Of a stretch of 64,000 nucleotides of DNA, positions 1 to 10,721 are shown piece after piece (position 1 is the first letter of the stretch; the number at the start of each line of letters is the position of its first letter). The position numbers and the translations under genes are program-made. The notes beneath the pieces were generated by a model. That model ran no database searches, was not told the DNA's origin, and worked only from the letters and a program-made list of their open reading frames with translations. The DNA comes from an uncultured Nitrospiraceae bacterium. Its GTDB lineage: Bacteria; Nitrospirota; Thermodesulfovibrionia; Thermodesulfovibrionales; SM23-35. Location of the stretch: assembly GCA_963718855.1 (NCBI GenBank), contig CAVRAA010000002.1:50225-114224 (forward strand). Direction: 5' to 3'.

Positions 1-125
1 ACGGCAGGGATGCATTAATCCATCCACAATCATATGGACGCTTCAGACGCCCTCACTTTGACCCCAGGTGCTGTCGAAATGTTACGAATAAGGGTCATTC
101 CGATAGTTTCATTACCGATAATCGG

Positions 126-335
126 TTACCGCTTAGGGGCTGGTTCGGGCGTCATCTTCTTAAATATTGCCAAAGTAAGATCGCACCATTGCGTGATAAT
201 GGACTCTAAGGCTTTCTTTTGATCAAATGATTCGCCCTTTTGTAGGGCGATAAGTTCTTCCAGGCGAAGGGTGTTCATAAGAACCGCAGCTGATATCGGG
301 GTGATTAATTCGGGTGTATCAATATTAATGTTCAT
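126..335 (-). CDS. small hypothetical protein (69 aa)
   Basis: ATG at 335 preceded by AAGGAG RBS; MNINIDTPELIT...; no recognisable domain. Confidence 0.5.
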   Translation of the reverse strand: MNINIDTPELITPISAAVLMNTLRLEELIALQKGESFDQKKALESIITQWCDLTLAIFKKMTPEPAPKR

Positions 336-492
336 AGAAATCTCCTTCTCGAAAGGTTTTATAAAACGCTTTGAGAATTCTATCATAATTTGATAGAGTA
401 GGCAAAATATGATACGCCACAAAATCGGTATATAGCCTTATAAACATTCTCTGTCATATCGTCTCAATGCATTTTTGGGTTAAAATATCCGT

Positions 493-1642
493 ATGACATT
501 ATTTCTCCTGATGTTCTTCCTGCTGTACGGCGGAATGCATCTCTATGCATTTCTGAAGGCAAGGGCTGCGTTTGCCTTCGGTATATATACAGGCCTTTCT
601 GTCGCGTTTTTCATGCTCATAATGCTCTTTGCGCCGTTTGTCATACGCTTGTCTGAAAAGGCAGGGTTCGAAGTTTTTGCGCGTCTGATGTCGTATATCG
701 GGTATACATGGTTGGGCATCCTTTTCCTCTTTGTTTCAGCCTCGGCAGTGATCGATGTATACCGTTTTGCGATTTTTTCGGGTGAATCTATCCTGAAGCA
801 GGATTGGACATATCTGAAGGTCCCTGCCCGATATGCTTTTTTTATCCCCCTTGCTTTGTCCGTTGGAATTGTCTTCTATGGTTATTTTGAGGCAAGGGAT
901 ATCAGGACAGAGAGGATAACAGTGAAGTCGCCTAAAATCCCTGCGGCGATCGGGCGCCTTAGGATAGTGCAGATATCTGACGTCCATCTCGGACTGATCA
1001 TACGGGAGGAACGGCTCGCGCGGATCCTGCAGGAAGTGAAAAAAGCTGGGCCCGACATCCTCGTATCGACGGGCGACCTTGTCGACGGCCAGATCGACAA
1101 CCTTTCCGGGCTTGCAGACCTTCTGAAAGGGATAAGACCGACAATATGGGATGTTCGCGATCACAGGGAACCACGAATTTTATGCGGGACTTGACCAGGC
1201 GCTGAATTTTACCGAAAAGGCGGGTTTTAAAATACTGAGGAACGAAGGGCTGACGATTGACGGACTGATAACCATCGCCGGCGTTGATGATCCGCAGGTA
1301 AAATCATACGGCCTGTCCAGGCAGGCTTCGGAAAAGGAAGTGCTCTCAGCGTTTCCGCGGGATGCATTCACTCTTTTGCTGAAACACCGGCCATTGATTG
1401 ACCCGGCCGCCGCAGGGCTTTTCGACCTTCAGCTTTCAGGCCATGTCCATAAAGGGCAGATATTCCCCTTCAGCATTGTCACGTGGCTCTATTATCCTAC
1501 GCAGGCCGGGCTGGCGAAGCTGCCCGGCAATGCCCTGCTTTATGTCAGCAGGGGTTCGGGAACATGGGGGCCGCCTATCCGCTTTCTGTCGCCGCCTGAG
1601 GTGACGGTGATAGATATCGTTCATGCGGATCAACGCGAATGA
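493..1642 (+). CDS. membrane-anchored metallophosphoesterase (YkuE-like), one frameshift near 1140
   Basis: N-terminal TM helices; motifs SDVHLG, TGDLVD, GNHE, LLKH, LSGHVHKGQ, VSRGSG across ORFs 493..1194 and 1151..1642. Confidence 0.85.
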
Positions 1643-2481
1643 AAATGAAAAAAATACCTTTTTTACACCTTGCCCTTTTTCTTCTCACCCTGCTCTCAAC
1701 CATTTTTGTCGGCGCGTTGCAGACAGGCGCAAATCTCCTGAAAGACCCCGGGAAAATATATACGGGAATCCCGTTTGCCGTGACGTTGATGGGGATCCTC
1801 CTGAGCCATGAACTGTCGCACTATTTCATGTCGAGAAAGCATGGAGTCGATGCGACGCTTCCCTATTTTATTCCGGCGCCTGTCACGATCATCGGAACAT
1901 TCGGCGCCTTTATCAGGATGAAATCTCCGATTAGTACCCGAAAAGCCCTTATCGATATCGGCGCTTCAGGACCTATCATGGGCTTTATTATCTCTGTTAT
2001 CGCTGTCATCGTCGGCCTGAACATGTCTGAGGTCGTCTCCTTTTCCCAAACAAAAGGCGTGTTAAGCCTCGGGGATTCGTTATTGTTCTCGGCCCTTTCC
2101 GCAGCGATTTTAGGAGTGACGCCGGCAGATCACGACATCCTTCTGAGTCCGGTCGCATTTGCCGGATGGATCGGTCTTTTCGTCACGTCGATGAATCTGA
2201 TCCCTGTCGGACAGCTCGACGGCGGGCATATCGCCTATGCGTTCCTCGGAGAAAAACAGAGGCGACTTTCCCTCGTTCTTGTCATTGTTCTCGCCTTCAT
2301 GGGGGTGTTTGTCTGGGAAGGATGGCTTGTCTGGGCCGTACTCCTCTTCGTCCTCGGACTCAGGCACCCGCCTGTTATCTACTGGGAGACTCCCCTTGAC
2401 CCAAAGAGAAAGATTGCCGGATGGGTATCGCTTGTGATATTCGTTATCACGTTCATCCCCGTGCCGTTTGCATTTCTGTAG
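1639..2481 (+). CDS. site-2 protease family (peptidase M50)
   Basis: HELSH zinc motif, NLIPVGQLDGGH motif, multiple TM helices. Confidence 0.9.
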   Translation: MKMKKIPFLHLALFLLTLLSTIFVGALQTGANLLKDPGKIYTGIPFAVTLMGILLSHELSHYFMSRKHGVDATLPYFIPAPVTIIGTFGAFIRMKSPISTRKALIDIGASGPIMGFIISVIAVIVGLNMSEVVSFSQTKGVLSLGDSLLFSALSAAILGVTPADHDILLSPVAFAGWIGLFVTSMNLIPVGQLDGGHIAYAFLGEKQRRLSLVLVIVLAFMGVFVWEGWLVWAVLLFVLGLRHPPVIYWETPLDPKRKIAGWVSLVIFVITFIPVPFAFL

Positions 2482-2566
2482 AATAACGAGGGAAATAAAA
2501 CGCCGAACAGGTGTTTTTACAAAGATCTGAGATTTCGGGAAGAACATGACTGCGCAATTTTTTGTC

Positions 2567-2689
2567 GCGGGTTCAAGTTTGTAACTTGAACCCTGTTTTT
2601 TATCCACTGGATCGACGACGATTTATCCTAAATAAAATGAACGGGTTCAGGTCGGAGACACTGAACCCGCAAGAACTATATCTTGCATG
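2567..2689. repeat. double-hairpin repeat, copy 1 (direct repeat with 3570-3688)
   Basis: hairpins gggttcaag-tttgtaa-cttgaaccc and cgggttcag-N10-ctgaacccg, followed by caagaactata. Confidence 0.75.
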
Positions 2690-2827
2690 GGGAACTAGCT
2701 TATGGAACGGTGTTGAATTGGTCAACTTCTTATTTGGCCATCATCTTTGAAATAGCTGTAGTAGTCACCCCAGTTTCACAGGCCACTGTCGCTATGCGAC
2801 AGTGCACATGGGATAGATTATCCACCG

Positions 2828-2857
2828 TTGCCTAATACGTCATATATGATGTATTAT
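2828..2857 (+). promoter_or_regulatory. putative sigma70 promoter with palindromic operator for the TA operon
   Basis: TTGCCT-18 nt-TATTAT; near-perfect palindrome aatacgtcata|tatgatgtatt overlapping it. Confidence 0.55.
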
Positions 2858-2873
2858 AAAGCATATAAAGCAT

Positions 2874-3263
2874 ATGAAGCAGAAGTGGCACGTCCTTTAT
2901 TATGAGTCGGCGAATGGTGTCTGCCCGGTTCAGGAATTCATAGATACTCGTAAAGAGCGGGATCAGGCAAAGATATTGAGTTGGGTGAGCCTTCTGGAGG
3001 AACGAGGGCCTAACCTGCCAAGGCCCTATGCAGACGTATTGATAGATGGGATTCATGAACTGAGGCTGAAACTAACGGGAGAGCAGTTTCGCATACTTTA
3101 CTTCTTCTGCTATAGAGAATTTATCGTTCTCAGCCATATTTTTGCAAAACGGACGGATGTAGTGCCTGCATCTGAGATCAAAAGGGCACAGAAATGCCGG
3201 TACGAGTTTATGTCCCGGTTTGATGAAAAGAAAATCAAGGAGGTTTTTCATGAGAAGCTTTAG
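2874..3263 (+). CDS. type II TA toxin, RelE/HigB (Gp49-like) family
   Basis: PVQEFI...LEERGPNLPRPY...GIHELR...FRILYFF pattern; toxin-first order. Confidence 0.85.
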   Translation: MKQKWHVLYYESANGVCPVQEFIDTRKERDQAKILSWVSLLEERGPNLPRPYADVLIDGIHELRLKLTGEQFRILYFFCYREFIVLSHIFAKRTDVVPASEIKRAQKCRYEFMSRFDEKKIKEVFHEKL

Positions 3264-3555
3264 ACAGCATTTAAAAGAAAAGCTTAAGGATGAACGGTTC
3301 AGACAGCTCTATGAGGAAGAAAAACAACTTGCCGAGCTCTCACTTAAAATTCTCGACTTCAGAGAGCATCTTGGCCTCTCTCAGACAGAAGTCGCAAGAA
3401 AAGCTAACGTGACTCAGCAGCAACTGTCAAAAATAGAAAACGGTGTAAATTGTAACATAGCTACTTTCTTGAAGGTATGCAATGCCCTCGGCATAAAGTT
3501 TGATATAGAGACTCCCAGATTGTCTCATTTGGGTCGAAGGACAGCGAGGGCATAG
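3250..3555 (+). CDS. XRE-family HTH antitoxin (HigA-like)
   Basis: GLSQTEVARKANVTQQQLSKIENG HTH; AAGGAGG RBS before ATG 3250; overlaps toxin. Confidence 0.85.
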   Translation: MRSFRQHLKEKLKDERFRQLYEEEKQLAELSLKILDFREHLGLSQTEVARKANVTQQQLSKIENGVNCNIATFLKVCNALGIKFDIETPRLSHLGRRTARA

Positions 3556-3569
3556 TTAAGTTCGCTTTG

Positions 3570-3688
3570 GCAGGTGCAAGTTTGTAACTGGAACCTTTAC
3601 TTTTTACTCGCAGGCCCAAGACTACTCATTAATAAAATGAACGTGTTTAGGTCTGAGATCCGGAACCCGCAAGAACTATATTTGTATG
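3570..3688. repeat. degenerate copy 2 of the 2567-2689 repeat
   Basis: shares caagtttgtaact, aataaaatgaacg, gaacccgcaagaactata in the same order and spacing. Confidence 0.7.
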
Positions 3689-3730
3689 AATAAGAATCTA
3701 CTATTGCCATCTGGAAATCACTGATAACAA

Positions 3731-5288
3731 TTACCCCAGCAGCAGCTGATTCGTTTTGGACCGGGACTCACCGATATTTGTGACGTAGATGGCGGCCTTG
3801 GGCGCCGACAGGGCATTTGGCTTCGCAGATGCCGCAGCCGATGCAGAGTTCGAGGTCGATGTGAGGCTGTTTTACCGTCACTGCGTTCCCATTCCGGTCT
3901 TTCACCACTACTTCCTCAAGCCATATCGCTTTCTTCGGCGTCGGACAGACCTCTTCACAGACGATGCACGGTGTGGCATGGGCATACGGAAGGCATCTTC
4001 CCTTGTCGATCATGGCAAGCCCGAGTTTCACCTGCATCTTCTCTTCGAGAGGCAAGCGTTTGATGGCGCCGGAGGGGCAAACCTGGCCGCAGAGCGTGCA
4101 GCGGTATTCACAGTATCCGATCCGGGGGATGAGTCTCGGAGACCATATGCCTTCGGGTCCTGTTTCAAGCAGCGTCGGCTGCAGGCCGTTTGTGATGCAT
4201 ACTTTCATGCATTCGCCGCACTTCACGCATCTTTTGAGAAATTCCTCTTCTTCAAGCGCTCCGGGCGGTCTCAGTACCTTTGGGTCCGAATACCCCGGTT
4301 TTGTAAAGGGTGTCGACCGCAGCAATGGCACTGCCAGTACCCCCGAGGACAGGGAAAGCACCACCTGCCTTCTCCCGAGATCCATGCCAGAGGCTTTGCC
4401 CTTTCCGAATCCAAAGCTCACTGCATTCTGCGGACAGATATCATCACAGGCAAAACACGCAAGGCATTCGGTCTTTTTCCAGTCGTCGTTTTTTTCTGAA
4501 AGCGCGCCTCCCTGACAGGCTCTATTGCATATGCCGCATGCAGTGCATCCCTCGCTCACTTCTCTCTTAAGGAAAGAATATCTTGAAAGGAGTCCGAGGA
4601 GGGCGCCCAGGGGACAGAGGAATTTGCACCAGAATCGTTTCTCAACAAGATTCAGGATGAGGATACCAAAGAATATCGCGCCGATGAAGACCGCCTGCAG
4701 ATAATGCGGCTGCCGGAAAGGAAGGACGCTCTTTTTCAGGAAATCATAGATTGATTCAGAGAGGGCAACGAGGCCCGGGGTGTTTGTGTTGTAAATTGCA
4801 TCAAACGTTCCGCGGATAGCATATGTCACGAGAGGATAGACGCTCAATGAAAATGATCTGATGAGAAGGGATATCGGGTCCATTATTCCCGCAATCTGGA
4901 GGGTGAATAATGATGATGCAAGGAGCATAATGAGGATATAATACTTTGCCTTGTGCCAGTTCCGATGTGTTTTGTCAGAACGTTTTTTTCTCAGGGCCCC
5001 CGCACAATTATTGAGCGTTCCCAGGGGGCAGATCCAGCCGCAGAATACTCTTCCCATAATAACCGTTAGCAGGACGAGCGTAAGGGAGAGAAAAAAAGCG
5101 CCAGGGATGTTTTGCGCATGCGTTGCCAGTGCTGTTGTCAGGAATATGAGAGGATCGAAGTCAAGAAAAAGCCGGACCGGATAGCCGAGGGTATCGTTCC
5201 CCTTCGATTCCGTCTGGATAAAGAGGAAAAGGAATAGGATGAAGAAGAGTCCCTGTGAAATGAATCGAAGTTTTCTTTTCGTCACCAT
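3731..5288 (-). CDS. membrane 4Fe-4S polyferredoxin (NapH/MauN fused to NapG/MauM-type domain), frameshift near C-terminus
   Basis: GRVFCGWICP, RFWCKFLCP, RPPGALEE, repeated CxxCxxCxxxCP; alternative frame ends AAIYVTNIGESR...LLG* at 3731. Confidence 0.85.
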
Positions 5289-5460
5289 TATTGAAAGAAT
5301 TATTGTCGTGTAATGGCGGGAACAGAGTATTTTCACTCATTCTCGTGCCCGCGGCTAAAGCTTGCGGGTGCCTCCAAAGGTAAAACCCGGATTTCATCGG
5401 GCTAAATCCGTTCAAATACTCTATCCCCGCCACCCATGTTCATTTATAAATACTAACAGC

Positions 5461-6369
5461 TTATACATTCAGATTCTTTATCTTCAGCTTTGAGAGGTCC
5501 ATTACACCGATACCTGCCGCAGCGCCTGCTTTTACGAATGACAGGTCGCTCCCTTTCATGCCGAAAAGAGTTGCGCCGTATGAGTCTATCGCAACCTGGT
5601 CTCTGCCGACGATAACCGTGTCCAGCCTCTTTACGTCCTTGAGGTTTCCTCCCTGGGGGCCGTTTTCCGTAAGAATGCGCACCGCATCCAACACTGTCAG
5701 GGTGGGTTTAATCACAAGACAGATGTCTGCGAGACTTTCACCGATCTTCTGATGGATTCTCCCGCGCTCTCCTCCCATGACGCCCATCCAGTTTTTCATC
5801 GACATTGTGAGCTTTGCGAGACCGTGATGTTTTGCTATCGGAACATTGATGATTTTGTCGGCTTCGAACAAATCCTTATACAATGGCCAGTCTTTCAGCA
5901 CCTGCCCTTTGATAGAGACATCGGCAAACCGCCTGTCGTCCATAAAGCTCACCTGCGCTCCAAGGCTGCCGGCGGCATCTGCAATGCCGCTCTGTTTATA
6001 GCACCTTCGCGGGTCATTGACGGTCCGGTCAAAAATCTTTACTTTTTTTGCCCCGGCCTCAAAGCAGAGCTTTACAATAGTTGCAACGACTTCGGGATTG
6101 GTATTTGCCGCCTGCTCGGGAAGCCTGTCCCATCCAATATTCGGTTTGACAATGACAACATCTCCTCTGGAGATAAAATTTTTGATGCCCCCGAACGCAT
6201 CGATGGCTGCCTTTGTAATAACCGAAGGCGATTTTCCCTGGCCGTGCGCAACAACAAGGTCAAGACGTTCTGCGCCGCTGGCACAAGGAACCCCGCCGTT
6301 CACTGCGTCATGAAACAATACTCCGCAGCTGCCGATTGCCGCATATCTGAGAAACGTTCTCCGATCCAT
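5461..6369 (-). CDS. DUF362 domain protein with Tat signal
   Basis: MDRRTFLR twin-Arg; VIVKPNIGW, ANTNPEVV, INVPIAKHH, MKNWMG. Confidence 0.85.
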   Translation of the reverse strand: MDRRTFLRYAAIGSCGVLFHDAVNGGVPCASGAERLDLVVAHGQGKSPSVITKAAIDAFGGIKNFISRGDVVIVKPNIGWDRLPEQAANTNPEVVATIVKLCFEAGAKKVKIFDRTVNDPRRCYKQSGIADAAGSLGAQVSFMDDRRFADVSIKGQVLKDWPLYKDLFEADKIINVPIAKHHGLAKLTMSMKNWMGVMGGERGRIHQKIGESLADICLVIKPTLTVLDAVRILTENGPQGGNLKDVKRLDTVIVGRDQVAIDSYGATLFGMKGSDLSFVKAGAAAGIGVMDLSKLKIKNLNV

Positions 6370-6427
6370 GGTATCCTCCTTTACTTCTTAAGTTTACCTC
6401 GTATTTTGTGTAAACTACAAATAGAAA

Positions 6428-6478
6428 TGAAGAACCCCGCAGCAGAGCTGCGAGGAATGCGCTCGCTATCCGATTCAT
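6428..6478. repeat. short palindromic element resembling an IS200/IS605-type end or REP
   Basis: tgaagaacc-ccgcagc-aga-gctgcg-aggaat...ttca; no transposase adjacent. Confidence 0.35.
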
Positions 6479-6499
6479 CGGGGCAAGGGGATCATCGTT

Positions 6500-7033
6500 A
6501 TGCTGAAAAGAGTATTGCAGAAATCATCCGGGAAGAAGACGGTGCCCCTTCCATTCTTTCTCTTTTTCGTGGTCATTCTGCTCTTTGCCGGTTGCAGCAA
6601 AAGTCCGGAAGGTCATAAGGCGGAGATAGAACAAAGGGGAGTCTCTTTCTCAAATGATGCATTTTTGAAAGCCGTGAATGAGGGGGATCGGGAATTAGTT
6701 GTATCATTTATTAAGGCAGGTATTGATATAAATGCGAAGGAAGACGACGGGCGCACTGCCCTGTTGATCGCGGCTGAGAAAGGAGACGCCGGAATGGCTG
6801 CTTTGCTCGCAGACAAAGGCGCTGATATGAATGCCCGTGATGTTGACGGTTATACGGCATTGATGTATGCAGCCTACAGAGGGAATATGGATCTGGCAGA
6901 TTTCCTCCTCAAACACGGCGCCGACGTTCAGGCAAAAGACAAGGACGGCTGGACGGCATTGCGAATCGCGCTGTTGCAGGGGAAGACTGATGTGGCCGCG
7001 TTATTGGAGAAACATGAATCTGACAAAAAGTGA
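6500..7033 (+). CDS. ankyrin repeat lipoprotein
   Basis: lipobox LFAGC; repeated GxTALxxA...GADxNAxD units. Confidence 0.9.
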   Translation: MLKRVLQKSSGKKTVPLPFFLFFVVILLFAGCSKSPEGHKAEIEQRGVSFSNDAFLKAVNEGDRELVVSFIKAGIDINAKEDDGRTALLIAAEKGDAGMAALLADKGADMNARDVDGYTALMYAAYRGNMDLADFLLKHGADVQAKDKDGWTALRIALLQGKTDVAALLEKHESDKK

Positions 7034-7082
7034 AATTGAGGTTCGATTCTTTTTTTGCTATGATACGGCTTAAGGTGATGGT

Positions 7083-7811
7083 GTGGGGAAGACAGCAGCT
7101 ATAATCATTATCGGTGACGAGATCCTCTCGGGCAAGGTGCAGGACTATAACTCTTTTTTTATGGCCCGGGAACTCTGGTCCCATGGCGTACGACTCTGCC
7201 GTATTTCGATCATAACAGACTCTATTGACGAAATCGCCCGGGAAGTGCGGGCGTACTCGGAGAGGTTCGATTTTGTTTTTACCTCGGGAGGAATCGGGCC
7301 GACACATGACGATGTAACGATAGCCGGTGTCTCGATAGGGTTTGGCGTGAGAACTGTTGTTGATCCTTCCCTGCGGGAACAGCTCGAAAAAAAGCAGGGT
7401 CCTCTGTCACCCGAGGCCATGAAGATGGCGGAGGTCCCTGAAGGCGCGGAACTCCTCTACGATGAAACGTTGTCTTTCCCTTTAATAAAATTCAGGAATG
7501 TCTTTATTTTTCCGGGGATACCGCAATTGCTCAGGAAAAAATTTCTCGCGGTCGAAAAGCTGTTCGATGAACCGCCCATCCATCTCAAAAAGGTGTATCT
7601 CAACGAATCGGAATCGAAGATAGCCCCTGTTTTGAACGAGATAGTGAGGCGCTATAGAAACGTCAAGATAGGATCATACCCGGTCCTCGACAATAAAGAG
7701 TACATGGTGATGGTCACGCTTGAATCATTGGATAAGACGACGCTGCACGAGGCCATGGAGGACTTGCTGAACAACGTGCCTGACATAAAGCTTACGAGGA
7801 TAGAAGAGTAA
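7083..7811 (+). CDS. CinA-like molybdopterin-binding domain protein
   Basis: IIIGDEILSGKVQDYN, TSGGIGPTHDDVT, FPGIP. Confidence 0.85.
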   Translation: MGKTAAIIIIGDEILSGKVQDYNSFFMARELWSHGVRLCRISIITDSIDEIAREVRAYSERFDFVFTSGGIGPTHDDVTIAGVSIGFGVRTVVDPSLREQLEKKQGPLSPEAMKMAEVPEGAELLYDETLSFPLIKFRNVFIFPGIPQLLRKKFLAVEKLFDEPPIHLKKVYLNESESKIAPVLNEIVRRYRNVKIGSYPVLDNKEYMVMVTLESLDKTTLHEAMEDLLNNVPDIKLTRIEE

Positions 7812-7842
7812 CGATACGGAAGTATAAGGAAATAAGGAACAA

Positions 7843-8670
7843 TCATGAAACGAAAAACCGTTTTCCCTTCTTTTTTATAAACCCTTCTTTTTGCAACTGA
7901 TCGAGAACTTCTCGTATCGTTTCAGAATCCTGCCCCGCGTGTTTCGCCAATGAAGATTCAGTGATGGAAGGAGTTGCCAGAATCTCCCTGAGTATTTTCC
8001 CCCGAAGCTGTCTTCGGGAACCTTCAAAAGATGGCTGTCGCGTATAATGAGCGCTTCTCCTGTTCGGGTTCTGTGTTGTTGTTTTCAGCTGTGATCCAAA
8101 GTCCATGAGGGCGTAATACCATTCCCTTGGATTGGTTGTGTCGAGAGTCTTTGCCACAAGCGGAAGGATGTCGGCATCCCTGATATTCTCCCTGTCGTCA
8201 AAAAAGAAATGAATAAAGACCCGCCGGATATTCGTTTCGATGAAAACAGACGGTTTATTAAACGCAAAGGCAGCTATTGAAGATGCTGTCGCCTTCCCGA
8301 TGCCCGGCATTCTCAGCAGGGCCTCCTCGGATGAAGGGAGGAGGCCGTTATGAGCTATCATTACTTCTACGGCGATATGTTTTAATGCGATTGCCCTGCG
8401 GTTATACCCCAAACCTTGCCAGATCGCAAGAACTTCACGAAGGGGGGCATCTGCAAGGGTTGAAAAATCAGGGAAGGCAGAGAGGAATTGCTCGTATTTT
8501 TCGATGACTCTTCCGACCTGTGTCTGCTGGAGCATAATCTCAGAGACGAGGATATGATAAGGATCCCTCGTATTTCTCCATGGAAGTCTTCGTCCGTGGC
8601 TTTGATAGTAGTCAAGGATGGCCTTCCGAAATCGCGTTATCTCGACGGGTGATATCTTTCTTCTCGTCAT
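7843..8670 (-). CDS. mutY: A/G-specific adenine glycosylase (short HhH-GPD form)
   Basis: LPWR, PYHILVSEIMLQQTQV, WQGLGYNRRA, MPGIGKATA, ETNIRRV. Confidence 0.85.
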   Translation of the reverse strand: MTRRKISPVEITRFRKAILDYYQSHGRRLPWRNTRDPYHILVSEIMLQQTQVGRVIEKYEQFLSAFPDFSTLADAPLREVLAIWQGLGYNRRAIALKHIAVEVMIAHNGLLPSSEEALLRMPGIGKATASSIAAFAFNKPSVFIETNIRRVFIHFFFDDRENIRDADILPLVAKTLDTTNPREWYYALMDFGSQLKTTTQNPNRRSAHYTRQPSFEGSRRQLRGKILREILATPSITESSLAKHAGQDSETIREVLDQLQKEGFIKKKGKRFFVS

Positions 8671-8722
8671 GATCGGGATAGTGAACCTTTTTTGCTATCA
8701 GGGAGAGACAATGGACGTGTTT

Positions 8723-10669
8723 TTAACCATGATACTTGCTGAATATCTCTTCAAATACCGGGGATATCTGAATAAACGCGCGCAGCACATCGGGGTCATA
8801 GTGATCGGGCATTGTTTTTTCGTCCCCCTCAGTGATTATCGTAAAAGCCTGTTTATGGTCAAAGGGATTTTTATAAGGTCTTTTGCTCCTTAAGGCATCA
8901 TAAATGTCACAGATTATTATTATCCGGGCTTCGACAGGAATGTCACTTCCTTTTAACCTTTTTGGATATCCGGTACCATCCCATCTTTCATGATGGGACA
9001 GGGCGATTACCGCGGACATCTGTATCATCGGATAGGCTGAGCCGGAGAGAATCTTGGCTCCGATGGTAGTATGGTTTTTTATCACCTCGAATTCCTCAGG
9101 TGTCAGTTCGCCGGGTTTCATCAGTATATGGTCCGGAATTCCGATTTTCCCTATATCATGCATAGCACTTGCGAGAGTTATTTTTTCGATGAAATCGGAA
9201 GGCATCGCAAGCTTTTCGGCAACTTTCCCCGCATAGAGACCGATTCGCGATATGTGTTCCCCTGTATAATCATCCTTTGACTCAGCGGCCGCGGTCAGGC
9301 GTATAATCATCTCATTGCTCATATTATTGATCATTGTCAGGGCCTGGGACAGCTCATGGGTTTTTTCCGAGATGGTATGCTCAAGTTTTTTCTCGTACTG
9401 ATGTTCCACCCATATGAGCCGCTGTATTTTTGTGTTGATCCCTCCCGACGAGAGCAGACCGGGCAGCCCGCTGTCATGGGTGACAAGCAGAGGAGTCTCT
9501 GCAGTTCCGCCAAGGAGGTTTGTGACGGCAAGATATTTCATGTCCAGTTTTCTTGCGGCATCATCAAGACGGAAAAGATAGGTGAGCAGGTATACGAAGC
9601 TGAACGAACAGTAGAAAATGGCAGGCCCCATCCAGCGGTTGAAGACTGAAAAAAGAACAAATACTCCCAGCGTGATAGTCACGAGGCTGAGCAACCACAG
9701 CAGCGCAGCCTTTTTTTCGCTGAATCGTATAAACAAGAAAAAGCAAAGAACAGAAAATGCAACAGCCGCGGCCCATATGATCCATTCATCAACATCCTGT
9801 ATGGCGTTTACATCGAGAATATTGTTCAGTATATTTGCATGAACTTCTACTCCGGACATCTGGTCTCTCTGCTGACTGAACGGAGTAGAAATCATATCAA
9901 CAAGTCCCGGCGCCGTTAATCCGATCAGAACGATCTTGCCGTTAAAAAAAGCAGGTGGGTATTCCCCCTTTATAATATCGAGCATCGAAACATGATGAAA
10001 CGTTCCAGGCTTGCCATAATAATTTATCTTCGCAGGATCTGACTGGAAGAGAGCGCCTGATGTGGTATTCGGCGGCGGTTGCCGTTTCATGGCGGTATGT
10101 GCCGTTATTTCATATGCGACTGACGATAACGAAGGAGCCTGGGTCCCCTTTTGATGCAGGGTATGAAATACCTCCCGGACCACGTTATCGATCCCCTTCT
10201 CTATGTGGATATGTCCAAGTCTGTAAGGAGACAGCGAAGGCAACGGTTCTATCCTGTTCAATCCGCGTTCAAAATACACCGGGAGAATTACTTTCCCCTG
10301 TCTTCTGATCGCATCTGCAAGCAGAGCATCATCTTCGGTCTGTTCGGAGAAGATCACGTCAAAGCCGACAACAGAAGCCTCCCGCATCCTGTCAAGAAGT
10401 GTTGTATAGTGAATTCTCCTGAGCGGCCATCTTCCCAGTTGAGCGAGCGTTTGCTCATCTATTCCAACAATAATAATGTTTTCCGAAGGTTTGTTGCTGC
10501 CACGAATCCTGAAGGAAAGATCGTAAATATATGCATTAATCCCTTCGAACAATCCGACATAATCCGTGAAAAAAATAAGGATAATGCCGATAAGGGTTAT
10601 CAACACATAGTGCGGCTTTTTTTTATACGAGGTCAAGCTATCTGCTCCGTCCGGTGTCTTTCTGAGCAA
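8723..10669 (-). CDS. CHASE2 sensor + TM helices + HD-GYP c-di-GMP phosphodiesterase
   Basis: CHASE2 motifs IDEQTL..LGRWP, GFDVIF, GVEVHANI; HDIGKIGIPD and HHERWDGTGYP intact. Confidence 0.9.
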   Translation of the reverse strand: MLRKTPDGADSLTSYKKKPHYVLITLIGIILIFFTDYVGLFEGINAYIYDLSFRIRGSNKPSENIIIVGIDEQTLAQLGRWPLRRIHYTTLLDRMREASVVGFDVIFSEQTEDDALLADAIRRQGKVILPVYFERGLNRIEPLPSLSPYRLGHIHIEKGIDNVVREVFHTLHQKGTQAPSLSSVAYEITAHTAMKRQPPPNTTSGALFQSDPAKINYYGKPGTFHHVSMLDIIKGEYPPAFFNGKIVLIGLTAPGLVDMISTPFSQQRDQMSGVEVHANILNNILDVNAIQDVDEWIIWAAAVAFSVLCFFLFIRFSEKKAALLWLLSLVTITLGVFVLFSVFNRWMGPAIFYCSFSFVYLLTYLFRLDDAARKLDMKYLAVTNLLGGTAETPLLVTHDSGLPGLLSSGGINTKIQRLIWVEHQYEKKLEHTISEKTHELSQALTMINNMSNEMIIRLTAAAESKDDYTGEHISRIGLYAGKVAEKLAMPSDFIEKITLASAMHDIGKIGIPDHILMKPGELTPEEFEVIKNHTTIGAKILSGSAYPMIQMSAVIALSHHERWDGTGYPKRLKGSDIPVEARIIIICDIYDALRSKRPYKNPFDHKQAFTIITEGDEKTMPDHYDPDVLRAFIQISPVFEEIFSKYHG

Positions 10670-10721
10670 CGATGTTTTCGGTCAGTTCATCTGCATTCAG
10701 TCGATAAGGAAACCTTGCTAA

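Noticed and set aside
5752-6618. Long antisense ORFs (also 3789-4499, 19949-20779, 21705-22379, 30845-31777, 42308-42994)
   Set aside because: They are shadows of well-supported genes on the opposite strand and have no motifs
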